A DNA stretch of 64,000 nt from Cyanobacteria bacterium P01_D01_bin.156. Lineage in GTDB: Bacteria > Cyanobacteriota > Cyanobacteriia > Phormidesmidales > Phormidesmidaceae. Of this stretch, positions 29,304-38,668 are shown piece after piece. The DNA is taken from positions 1-64,000 of the forward strand of contig JBCCQQ010000011.1 of the NCBI GenBank assembly GCA_039024555.1, written 5' to 3'. Numbering within the stretch: the first letter of the stretch is position 1; every line of letters begins with the position of its first letter. The translations under genes were made by a program, and so were the position numbers. The notes beneath the pieces are model-generated. The model searched no databases, had not been told where the DNA came from, and saw only the letters and a program-made list of their open reading frames with translations.

Positions 29304-30662
29304 ATGGGCAACGTTGCCATTCTGTTTGGTATTCCTATCCACGAGGCAAGCTTTCTTTCCAGGGTCGCTGAGTCCGATTATTTGAGGCTATACCGCAGTT
29401 CTTTAAAAAACCGCGACGAGTACGATAAATATATAGCTGAGCCATTTCGTGACATGGCGACTCAAGTCGACCAACATAGTAATTTTGAGGTTCGAACAGG
29501 AGCTACCTTAAAGGATCTCCAAGAGGTCTCTAAAACAGCCAATGTCATCATTGTGGTCTCTCACTGGAAAAACTATGGCTTTTCCAACAATGACATTATT
29601 AGACCCGTTAATAAAAACAGCTTTGCTAAAGCGGCCTCTCAATCAGACGACCCTTTAGCACAATGGCTTGCCCACAGGTTAAACCGTCATCTAGAGGCTG
29701 GCAAACATCAAAAATCGACTTTTATGGCTAGTTGGCTTGACTCTATAAGGAATTTATGGAGAACTGAGCTGACCTTACGTGACATCCTAGAGCAAGCTTT
29801 AGATGTTCCGTTAGAGAATGAGTTACCCCAAATAGAAGAAGTTTCGCAACATGTTGAATCGGACTTAACTCGCCGCACTAGACGTCGTCGCTGGATGGAT
29901 ATGCTGTTTGCTAACCTAGTCTTACCAGGCAATCGGCTAGAGTTGTTTGACGGCCTACATAATAGTGCTGCTATTGCTCAGTCAATAGACAAAAGTTTTA
30001 ACGGTGTGCTAGACCTGACGGCCTGCACGTCCACCGCTCTCGCCGACTATATCAGCAATTATCATCAGTATCGCTTTCGCGTAGTTCAGTTTAGTGAAAA
30101 CCAAGAACCTGTATGGGCTGCGACTGTCTTAAAAATTACTCTAAAGTCACTTTTGGGTTATCGTGACCCTGCAGATTCTGCTCATTATCTAGATGCTCGT
30201 CAGCATGCTATTCAACTGACTCGTCAAACCTTACAATCCAGGTGGCTTGCCCAACATAAAAAGAAAAATTCAAGATTTTTAGGAGGAAAGCTGATAATGG
30301 CGCTAAAGGCAGTACTCAGTAGACAGGCAAGTCAATGGCAGCAGCTAGGGGGAGAGCCCGTCCGGGCAATCAATGCTTTATTTGCTTACAAAAAAAGTAT
30401 CGTTAAACAACTGTTGGTCAAGACTATTGTTTCGTCAGTTCTACTGGCCGGTGCTGCATACTTGGCAATCACCTTATTCTCAGATCAATCAGCACTAGCC
30501 GTTGTCATTGTGGCCATTTTTCCAATTGCCTCAGGTTTAATCACGGACTTATTTGGCACATGGAAAGAACTCCACTATTCCAACTTGCTCCTGTTGCTGA
30601 TTCAAGATGCCAACGACGAGCAAATCAAGGATATTATTGATACCCTATTAGACAAGCTATAA
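29304..30662 (+). CDS. Putative divergent CHAT/caspase-like protease fused to a C-terminal 2-TM module
   Basis: GAGGGG RBS, 14 nt after the upstream stop; ATLKDL..VIIVVSHW (H87), LELFDG, VLDLTACTS (C241); two hydrophobic helices near the C-terminus; internal AGGAGG + ATG 30297. Confidence 0.6.
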   Translation: MGNVAILFGIPIHEASFLSRVAESDYLRLYRSSLKNRDEYDKYIAEPFRDMATQVDQHSNFEVRTGATLKDLQEVSKTANVIIVVSHWKNYGFSNNDIIRPVNKNSFAKAASQSDDPLAQWLAHRLNRHLEAGKHQKSTFMASWLDSIRNLWRTELTLRDILEQALDVPLENELPQIEEVSQHVESDLTRRTRRRRWMDMLFANLVLPGNRLELFDGLHNSAAIAQSIDKSFNGVLDLTACTSTALADYISNYHQYRFRVVQFSENQEPVWAATVLKITLKSLLGYRDPADSAHYLDARQHAIQLTRQTLQSRWLAQHKKKNSRFLGGKLIMALKAVLSRQASQWQQLGGEPVRAINALFAYKKSIVKQLLVKTIVSSVLLAGAAYLAITLFSDQSALAVVIVAIFPIASGLITDLFGTWKELHYSNLLLLLIQDANDEQIKDIIDTLLDKL

Positions 30663-30759
30663 ACCCATAATCTTCAATCAAGGTCAATATCCACCACGAG
30701 AAAACAGTTTTACTAAAACCGTATATTACTGCTCAGCTGATTCCGCACTGTTAGCTTCA

Positions 30760-31100
30760 CCCTGAGACTGCACATTTTGAGCAAGTTCTAGATGGATAGT
30801 TTCTTGGAACTGTTCTAACGCTTGTAACAATCTCAGCTGCGGTAGCGTAGGATTTTGGGCAGTCAATCGAGCGGCGTTCGCCAGGTTTCTCAATGCAGCG
30901 GTCTCCCCGCGAGCCCGTTCTAGCTGGGCTAATCCTTCTTGACGTGCCTGTACTACTACCTAGGCATAGAGCTTTTTGAGTTCACTTGGCAGCAGGATAT
31001 CACGAGCCGATAACATCTCTAAGCACTGTTTGCACCGTTAAGTAAAGTCCCTGACGATAGTCCGCTACCTGGTTCAAGGCCTGGGGAGGTTTGTCATTCG
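30760..31100 (-). pseudogene. Decayed SPFH/band-7 (slipin-like) gene
   Basis: Minus strand reads QALNQVADYRQGLYLTVQTVLRDVIG, then in another frame RDILLPSELKKLYA*VVVQARQEGLAQLERARGETAALRNLANAARL..NPTLPQLRLLQALE; internal deletion/frameshift and in-frame TAG; boundaries approximate. Confidence 0.8.
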
Positions 31101-31273
31101 ACCATTGAAGGGGTAATAAGCAACCCTCAGCCAGTTGATACTGACCCAAGGTGCTAACGATCCCTCAATAGAGTTAGGGTTTCCCAAACCCGTGTAGTTG
31201 TGTATCAAACTCGACGGTTAACAAGCAAAAGTTAGCATCGCTCATACAGAAGAGAAGCCGAGCGGTTACCAGC

Positions 31274-31340
31274 GGAGTTGGGAGTTTTGAATTCGGAGTT
31301 CGGAAACCTCCCTTTCTAACTTCCAAACTCCGAATTGATT
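31274..31340. repeat. Degenerate heptamer (STRR-like) repeats arranged as an inverted pair
   Basis: GGAGTTG GGAGTTT TGAATTC GGAGTTC ... AACTTCC AAACTCC GAATT. Confidence 0.6.
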
Positions 31341-31374
31341 CATAGCCGAGTTTTTCTGGCTTAATCGATACCCT

Positions 31375-32187
31375 TTAGCTCGCTGTCTTGACTTTAGTGG
31401 CCAATCCTAACGTTTGGAGCAGCTGAATCACCATCCAAACCAGATCAATTTCCCACCAATTCTTTTGGAAGCAGGCAGAAGACTGACAAGCATGATGGTT
31501 GTTGTGCCACCCTTCACCATAAGTGATTAGGGCAACCCACCAGCAGTTAGTAGACATATCGTTGGTCTCAGTGGGGCGATAGCCAAACTGATGACAGGCA
31601 CTGTTAACAAAGCAGGTACCGTGAAAGCTCACAAACAGTCTTACAAAGACTCCCCACACCAAAAAGGGCATACCGCCCAACAGATAAAGGGCTAACCCTA
31701 GGGCCACCTGCAGGCCAATGTAGTTGTTGTGGCAAAACTGGTAAAACTTATCGTCACGGATATCTTGGGTCATGCGAGGCAGCATCGAGTGGGTGGGCAC
31801 CGTATGCATTAACCAGTTGATATGACTCCACCAAAAGCCCTTAGTAGCACTGTGGGGATCTAAGTCTTGATCCGTGTGCTGATGGTGCAAACGATGGTAG
31901 CCGACCCAACCATAGACACCGCCTTGGAAGGCTAGAGTACCTAACAGAATAAACAGATGCTCTAACCATTTAGGAACACGCAGGCTGCGGTGGCTAGCCA
32001 TGCGGTGAAATCCCAGGGAAATACCAAGGCCCTGAGTTAATGCATGCAAACCAACGGCAACACCGATAGCGCTCCAACTAAAATTACTTGGCAGCAGCGC
32101 TAGAAGAGCTAAAACATGAAGAATAATTGTTGAAATTACCACCGACCAGCGTAGCCGGGGCGTGGGTAAGGCTGCTGTAGAAACCAA
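31375..32187 (-). CDS. desC: Delta-9 acyl-lipid desaturase family protein
   Basis: His boxes HRMASH, HRLHH, HNNHH; GEGWHNNHH; WWEID. Confidence 0.88.
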   Translation of the reverse strand: MVSTAALPTPRLRWSVVISTIILHVLALLALLPSNFSWSAIGVAVGLHALTQGLGISLGFHRMASHRSLRVPKWLEHLFILLGTLAFQGGVYGWVGYHRLHHQHTDQDLDPHSATKGFWWSHINWLMHTVPTHSMLPRMTQDIRDDKFYQFCHNNYIGLQVALGLALYLLGGMPFLVWGVFVRLFVSFHGTCFVNSACHQFGYRPTETNDMSTNCWWVALITYGEGWHNNHHACQSSACFQKNWWEIDLVWMVIQLLQTLGLATKVKTAS

Positions 32188-32397
32188 AGACTTATTACCT
32201 GATTCAAGATAGATATGGCAGGGTATTCCCCTTAGGGCAGGGTAACATATCCCTTTTGCTGTAGCGTGATATCACGGGCATTGCGCCACGGCTCTATGTC
32301 GCCCATTGCCTTATTCAATTGCTATTAGCGACCCTATGGCTTGGCAAGAGGAATGAAAGCGATAAGCTAGTTATGCAAAGTCGCCTCGCTCCGTTGC

Positions 32398-33765
32398 ATG
32401 CAGACGTCAGAAAACGATACCAACTCAACCCTCAAACTGGATACTAGCCTAGCATCCAATACCGCTGGGTTTGATGCCCATGAACCACCCGACCCGTCAT
32501 TGATTAATGCCTGTGTTCACTGTGGTTTTTGTCTGACCACCTGCCCTAGCTATCGGGTAATTGGTAAGGAGACTGACTCTCCGCGAGGGCGAATTTATTT
32601 GATGGATGCCATCAACCAGGGGGAAGCTCCTTTATCAGAGGTGGCCGTAAGTCATTTTGAGTCATGTCTAGGATGTTTAGCCTGTACCACGGCCTGTCCA
32701 TCGGGGGTTCAATATGACCGGCTAATCGATTCGGTGCGATCGCAGGTAAACCGCAACCATCAGCGCCCTCTGCCTGTTCAACTATTGCGCCAATTAATCT
32801 TCTCCCTATTTCCCTATCCAGATCGAATTCGGCTACTGCTGAGTCCCCTGGCCCTGTACCAATGGTCAGGGGTTTCTAGACTAATTCGTAGAACTGGCCT
32901 ACTTGACCGCTTTACGCCTCAGCTAGCCGCGATGGAGTCCCTGCTGCCCACTGTGACCCCCCAGTGTTTTCAAGATAATTTGCCAGATATCGTTCCAGCC
33001 CAGGGCCAACAGCGCTATCGCGTAGGCATGATTTTAGGCTGTGTGCAACGGGTCTTTTTTTCTAATGTCAACGAAGCCACTGCCCGAGTGCTCAGCGCCA
33101 ACGGCTGTGAAGTGATCATCCCCAAAAGCCAGGGATGCTGTTCAGCGCTGCCTGCCCACCAGGGAGAAACAGCGCAGGCCGAGGCACTGGCCCGCCAGAT
33201 GATCGACAGCTTTGCCGACACCGATGTCGACTACATCATCATCAACGCCGCTGGCTGTGGCCACACACTTAAGGATTACGGTCACATTTTGAAGGACGAT
33301 CCAGCCTACTGTGACCGGGCTAAAGCCTTTAGTAATAAGGTTAAGGACATCCAAGAATTTTTAACAGACGTAGGGTTAACGGCTAAACTATCGCCCCTTA
33401 CTCAGGAGCCCCTAAAGCTGGTTTATCAAGATGCCTGTCATCTCCGCCATGGTCAGGGAATTACCCAGCCTCCTCGACAGCTACTCAGGCAAATCCCCAA
33501 CGTTACTGTAGTCGACCCTATCGATGCTGAACTGTGTTGCGGCAGTGCAGGCGTGTACAACATGCTGCAACCCGATGTGGCCAACCAACTGGGACAAATG
33601 AAGGCCGCTAACCTAGTCAATACAGGGGCAACTCTAATTGCCTCATCAAACCCTGGCTGCGCTCTCCAAATTAAGAAGCATCTGCCTAATCAAAGCCGAG
33701 TCTTACCTCTGATGCATCCCATTGAATTGTTGGACAAGGCGATTATGGGTGAATCTTTAGACTAA
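32398..33765 (+). CDS. glcF: Glycolate oxidase iron-sulfur subunit
   Basis: CVHCGFCLTTCP, DSPRGRI, CLGCLACTTACPSGV, two cysteine-rich CCG-type domains. Confidence 0.92.
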   Translation: MQTSENDTNSTLKLDTSLASNTAGFDAHEPPDPSLINACVHCGFCLTTCPSYRVIGKETDSPRGRIYLMDAINQGEAPLSEVAVSHFESCLGCLACTTACPSGVQYDRLIDSVRSQVNRNHQRPLPVQLLRQLIFSLFPYPDRIRLLLSPLALYQWSGVSRLIRRTGLLDRFTPQLAAMESLLPTVTPQCFQDNLPDIVPAQGQQRYRVGMILGCVQRVFFSNVNEATARVLSANGCEVIIPKSQGCCSALPAHQGETAQAEALARQMIDSFADTDVDYIIINAAGCGHTLKDYGHILKDDPAYCDRAKAFSNKVKDIQEFLTDVGLTAKLSPLTQEPLKLVYQDACHLRHGQGITQPPRQLLRQIPNVTVVDPIDAELCCGSAGVYNMLQPDVANQLGQMKAANLVNTGATLIASSNPGCALQIKKHLPNQSRVLPLMHPIELLDKAIMGESLD

Positions 33766-33919
33766 GCTCCTCCAGCTTGTGCTCCCAAATATTGATAACG
33801 AAACAACTCTCTCTGGCCATAGGTTAGTGCTGTTTCTCTCCAACGTTTTCAAATTCTCTCCTGCACCCTGGGTATCCTAAGCCAGGAATACACCCTATAG
33901 GTGTTGAGGAGCTAGGCAT

Positions 33920-36070
33920 TTGTGGCAGTGGTTTTCATCCAATCAATACATGCCCCATGGGCATTGTTACCTATGGCAAACGCCGTTGGTGAGCTTACAT
34001 GTGGTCAGCAATATAGTGATTGCCCTGGCCTATTTTTCCATTCCATTGACCTTATTTTATTTTGCATTTAGGCGCCGCCACGAAATTGCCTCTGTTCAGG
34101 TATTCTGGCTATTTGGAGCTTTTATTACTCTTTGTGGCACAGGTCATCTCTTAGATGTTTGGACTCTATGGTATCCAGACTATTGGGTATCAGGCATCGT
34201 TCGAGCCTGTACGGCTCTTGTATCAGCACTTACAGCTGTTGAGCTGATCACCCTGTTACCTAAATTTTTAACCCTCAAATCACCCTCTGAACTGGCCCAA
34301 GTCAACCAACAATTAAAAATAGAAATCAACCGTCGCCGTAATGCCCAAATCGCTTTTCAAAGCTTAGTTGCCTGCACCTCTTTAACCACAAGCGAAGAAT
34401 TCTTTTCGACGCTTGTGGTCAGTTTGGCGATGCTGCTAAATGTGAAAACTGTTGTCATGGCAGAGCGCGCTGACTTGGAGACTTTTGAGCTGCGGGCCCT
34501 AGCCATATGGCACCATAACAAGCTACAGGCCAATAGGTCTATGGCGGCGGCTCAAGTGCTCTGCACAGAGGTCCTCGAAACGGGCAAAATGTTGCACTGT
34601 CGGTCTTCTCAACCCGATGAGAACTTGCCCATAGAACAGTTTGAAGCCACCACATATCTGGGAGTTCCCCTACTAGATAATCAAGGTCAGGTAATTGGCG
34701 TACTGTTCATTCTCCACAGCAAGCCTTTGGAAGATCTTGACCTAGCACAATCGTTTTTACAGGTGTTTGCGGCTCGTTCAGCGGCAGAACTTAAACGTAC
34801 CCATGCCGAACGAGCGTTACAAAATGCCCATGATGATTTGGAAAATCGGATTCAACAACGTACGGCTGAACTACAAACTGCTAAAGATACTGCCGAGGTA
34901 GCCAATCGCGCTAAAGGTATATTTTTAGCAAAAATCAGCCACGAGCTACGCACTCCCCTCAATGCAATTTTGGGCTTTACCCAAGTTATGGCTCAAGATG
35001 CTGCTCTGTCTACAGAACATAGTCGTTCCCTAGAAATCATAGAGTCTAGTGGTTCTCACCTACTCGATTTAATTAACAATATTTTGGACTTTATTCAGTT
35101 AGACATGGACCATGCTCAGCTCCAGCTCCATGAAATCGATTTGTCGAGGCTTTTTTATCAGTTGGGGGGAATGGTTCAGCTAAAAGCTCAAGACAAAGGG
35201 TTAAAGCTACGGGTAGAGTGCGATCGCACTTTACCCAAACGTATTCGTATCGATGCCAGTAAACTAAGGCAAGTTGTTCTAAATCTGCTGGATAATGCCA
35301 TCAAATATACCGACGTGGGCCATGTGTCGCTCAAAGCCCACTCCATTCATCAAGCCAGTACTGTTTACTTAGGCATAGAAATCTCTGACACCGGCCGAGG
35401 CATTAATGACCGTGAACAAAAGAGAATCTTTAATCCCTTTTACCAAGCCACCCTACCCTCTACAGTACATGACGCCAGCGAGCAGGGGGTAGGGCTAGGA
35501 CTCGCGATCTGTCAGAGCTTGATCAAACTCATGGGCGGTGAAATCCGCTGCCACAGTACCCTTAACAAAGGCTCCACATTTTATATTCAGCTGCCAATAG
35601 AGGTAGTCCAGCCAACGACTACTCAGCCCCCCAAACAACCCTTAGCCCCATCTGCAAATATCGTCCAACACCACCATGAGATTTTGGTTGTTGAAGATGC
35701 CCCCACCAACCGTCTGCTATTGCGCAACATATTGGGTGCCTCGGGTTTCCAGGTGCGCGAGGCTGAAAATGGTCAACAAGCGATTGAACAATGGCAGATT
35801 TCCCGACCATCCCTTGTTTTAATGGATATCCAGATGCCGGTTATGAATGGCTATGATGCCACCACCCATATCAAAAAGAAGGATCCCAATTTACCCATCA
35901 TTGCCCTAACCGCCAGCACCTTCTCCGCTCAGTTAGAAGAGATTTTCGCTGTCGGCTGCGATGCTTGTATTCACAAACCCTTCAAACGGGGGCATCTGCT
36001 AAAAGTTATTCAAGCACATCTGCCAAAGGTTGCTCCACTGGAAACGCCCCCCATCACTCAATTGGCATAA
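33920..36070 (+). CDS. Hybrid histidine kinase with ethylene-receptor-like TM domain, GAF, HisKA/HATPase and REC
   Basis: MPHGHCYLW..LAYFSIP..FGAFITLCGTGH; SHELRTPLN; N and G boxes intact; LVLMDIQMP. Confidence 0.9.
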   Translation: MWQWFSSNQYMPHGHCYLWQTPLVSLHVVSNIVIALAYFSIPLTLFYFAFRRRHEIASVQVFWLFGAFITLCGTGHLLDVWTLWYPDYWVSGIVRACTALVSALTAVELITLLPKFLTLKSPSELAQVNQQLKIEINRRRNAQIAFQSLVACTSLTTSEEFFSTLVVSLAMLLNVKTVVMAERADLETFELRALAIWHHNKLQANRSMAAAQVLCTEVLETGKMLHCRSSQPDENLPIEQFEATTYLGVPLLDNQGQVIGVLFILHSKPLEDLDLAQSFLQVFAARSAAELKRTHAERALQNAHDDLENRIQQRTAELQTAKDTAEVANRAKGIFLAKISHELRTPLNAILGFTQVMAQDAALSTEHSRSLEIIESSGSHLLDLINNILDFIQLDMDHAQLQLHEIDLSRLFYQLGGMVQLKAQDKGLKLRVECDRTLPKRIRIDASKLRQVVLNLLDNAIKYTDVGHVSLKAHSIHQASTVYLGIEISDTGRGINDREQKRIFNPFYQATLPSTVHDASEQGVGLGLAICQSLIKLMGGEIRCHSTLNKGSTFYIQLPIEVVQPTTTQPPKQPLAPSANIVQHHHEILVVEDAPTNRLLLRNILGASGFQVREAENGQQAIEQWQISRPSLVLMDIQMPVMNGYDATTHIKKKDPNLPIIALTASTFSAQLEEIFAVGCDACIHKPFKRGHLLKVIQAHLPKVAPLETPPITQLA

Positions 36071-36169
36071 CCCTGCTTCATCCTTGCCAGAATACCAAAA
36101 GCACCCAGCAGGAATTAGAAAAACCCTTTACACTACGAGCAGAAAGCAGCCTTAGCTCCATTTTCATTC

Positions 36170-36595
36170 ATGGCCAACTGGAAAATTAAGCTCCTGTACG
36201 ATAGCGATTGCCCCCTATGTTTGCGCGAAGTGAGTTTTTTGCAAAAAAAGGATAAGGGGCGCGGTCTTATTAACTTCGTTGATATTGCAGCTGACGATTA
36301 CGACCCTCAAGATAATGGAGATGTCTCCTTTGAAGCAGCTATGGAGCGAATCCACGGCATTCTTCCTGATGGTAGCGTCATTCAGAACGTTGAAGTTTTT
36401 CGTCAGGTTTACAGCATTCTCGGTATGGGCTGGATTTATGCTCCCACCCAATGGCCCGTGATCGGACCTGTTGTGGATCAGCTCTACAACATTTGGGCCG
36501 TTTGGCGCTTAAAGTTAACTGGCCGCCCGGACCTAGCTACCATTGTGGCCCAGCGCAACCAACGCTGTTCAGTAGCCGCAGATTGTCGACTCTAG
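36170..36595 (+). CDS. DCC family thiol-disulfide oxidoreductase (DUF393)
   Basis: LYDSDCPLC (DxxCxxC), AMERIH. Confidence 0.9.
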   Translation: MANWKIKLLYDSDCPLCLREVSFLQKKDKGRGLINFVDIAADDYDPQDNGDVSFEAAMERIHGILPDGSVIQNVEVFRQVYSILGMGWIYAPTQWPVIGPVVDQLYNIWAVWRLKLTGRPDLATIVAQRNQRCSVAADCRL

Positions 36596-36635
36596 CTTTT
36601 CACCTGTGGGACTTTTCAATGCCCCTTAGCCCCTT

Positions 36636-37664
36636 ATGCCCATTGATCTTAGAAGCGATACAATCACTCAGCCAACCTCTGGCATGCGGGAAGCCATCGC
36701 CACTGCCCAGGTGGGAGATGATGTTTTAGGAGATGATCCAACCGTACAAGAGCTAGAGAAGTTAGTAGCCAGCTTGCTAGGAAAGGAAGCGGCTGTCTAT
36801 ATGCCCTCTGGAACCATGACCAATCAGGTAGCCCTGCGTGCCCATACGGAACCTGGGGATGAAGTGGTGTTAGAGTCTCAAGCTCACATTTATTATTATG
36901 AAGGGGGGGGACCAGCTGCCCTTTCAGGCGTGATGTGCCGTTTGATCAAGGGGGAAAACGGCATTTTTACAGCGACGGAACTCCAAAAAGCATTACGCCC
37001 CAACGACGTACACTTTCCAAGAACTAAGCTGGTCTGCTTGGAAAATACCCACAATCGTGGTGGTGGAAAGATCTATCCACTTTCCGACATTGCAGACATT
37101 GCCCAAGTATGCAAAGCAAACCAACTCAAATTGCATTTGGACGGGGCCCGGTTCTGGAATGCTTGTGTAGCCACAGGTATTTCTGAAGCTAGTTACAGTG
37201 AGCCCTTTGACTCCATAAGTGTCTGTTTTTCTAAAGGGTTGGGGGCACCTGTCGGTTCTGCTCTAGTGGGCTCTCAGGCATTTATCGATCGAGCCCGACG
37301 GTTTCGCAAAATGTTTGGTGGTGGCATGCGCCAAGCAGGCATGATGGCGGCTGGTGCTATCTATGCCCTTAAACACCATCGAGCTCGTCTAGAAGACGAT
37401 CACATTAATGCAAAATATTTGGCTGAGCGTTTGCAGGCCATTCCCGGCATTGAGATTGATGCCAGAAGTGTACAAACCAACATTGTTGTTTTTAAAACAA
37501 CCACGGTACCTGCCGCTGTATTGGTTGAACGCCTTCGACTTAAAGGTGTTTATATGTTAGCTATCGGCCTGGGGTCTGTTAGAGCAGTTACAAATCTCAT
37601 GGTCAATGACCAGCAAATCCAAAAGGTCCCAGCACTGATTGAGCTAGCATTGAACGGAGAATAA
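36636..37664 (+). CDS. ltaE: Low-specificity L-threonine aldolase
   Basis: DLRSDT, GDDV, PSGTMTNQ, LENTHN, HLDGAR, CFSKGLGAPVGS, GGGMRQAG. Confidence 0.95.
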   Translation: MPIDLRSDTITQPTSGMREAIATAQVGDDVLGDDPTVQELEKLVASLLGKEAAVYMPSGTMTNQVALRAHTEPGDEVVLESQAHIYYYEGGGPAALSGVMCRLIKGENGIFTATELQKALRPNDVHFPRTKLVCLENTHNRGGGKIYPLSDIADIAQVCKANQLKLHLDGARFWNACVATGISEASYSEPFDSISVCFSKGLGAPVGSALVGSQAFIDRARRFRKMFGGGMRQAGMMAAGAIYALKHHRARLEDDHINAKYLAERLQAIPGIEIDARSVQTNIVVFKTTTVPAAVLVERLRLKGVYMLAIGLGSVRAVTNLMVNDQQIQKVPALIELALNGE

Positions 37665-37721
37665 CCGACTAGGTGTACCTAGCAAGCTGCAGAATATATT
37701 CCGCAGCTCAGTGTCCCATGG

Positions 37722-38282
37722 CTAGAAGTAAACAGCACCGACAGTGTCGTAATAAACAACTGTGGACGTCTCTAAAATACTGGGCCATTTAGCATCTGCT
37801 TTAGCAATATTTCCAGGAACATCCCCTTGCCACTGCCGTTGTACATCCAGGCTGTAATTGAGGTATAGCTTACCCTCTACAATATCCCAAGCTTCCGGTA
37901 CTGTAGATGCCATATTTCCTTCACTGAGTGCCTTTGCGCAATACCCTCCATACTGGGGGGCATAGGCGTCAGGATTGTTAGCAAACAATTGCTTATGGGC
38001 AGCACTGGAAAACCGCCAAGTTGCACCATTCCATTCATATTCGTAGTCACTGCTGCCTTCTACTGGAGCACCCACAGTGAAATAAGCAACCGGATCGTAC
38101 CCCCGAATAGCTAGGCTATCACCGGTCTGGGGGTCTGAAAATACAGCTGGAATATCGTCACTTGTTTGAGTCTCAATAACAGCTGCACAGGGATTGGCCT
38201 GGGCGGTTGTAAATTGAGCAGGCACAGCCATCAAACTGACTAAAGATGCCGCAATTAAAGTGGATAGATAAGTAATTTTCAT
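37722..38282 (-). CDS. Secreted YHS-domain protein
   Basis: Signal peptide; AIRGYDPVAYF, YAPQYGGYCA, GKLYLNY; likely start ATG 38282. Confidence 0.88.
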   Translation of the reverse strand: MKITYLSTLIAASLVSLMAVPAQFTTAQANPCAAVIETQTSDDIPAVFSDPQTGDSLAIRGYDPVAYFTVGAPVEGSSDYEYEWNGATWRFSSAAHKQLFANNPDAYAPQYGGYCAKALSEGNMASTVPEAWDIVEGKLYLNYSLDVQRQWQGDVPGNIAKADAKWPSILETSTVVYYDTVGAVYF

Positions 38283-38668
38283 GGACCTAACAATACATAG
38301 CAACCAAACCAGATAACCGCTCAATTCGCCGCTAGCAACAAAATCAACCGGTACACGGCTATCCTGACATCAATGTCTGTCTTCAACCTGAGAGTCTGCT
38401 GAATTGAACCTAAACTTTTTCGCAGTTGAATAATTAGCTGTTACTCATACCCGGCTGAGTCACGCCGTTGGTATCTACTTTGGTGGGTGTCCCAGCAGGA
38501 AACCTTGACGGCTGCTGCCGCCGCGATGGGTCTCGGCTATGATGACCGCTCGTCGCATCGTGGGCACTTTCACCAGGGAATTCATTGTTGTCAAAAACAC
38601 TCACGGACTCTCTTCTCAACTAAGGGTGTAAGGAAGGACTCTATCTCAATCAGAGGAATTGAGTGAGA

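Noticed and set aside
31274..31340. CRISPR array
   Set aside because: Only degenerate 7-mers with no spacers; no repeat-spacer array or cas genes seen anywhere in the window
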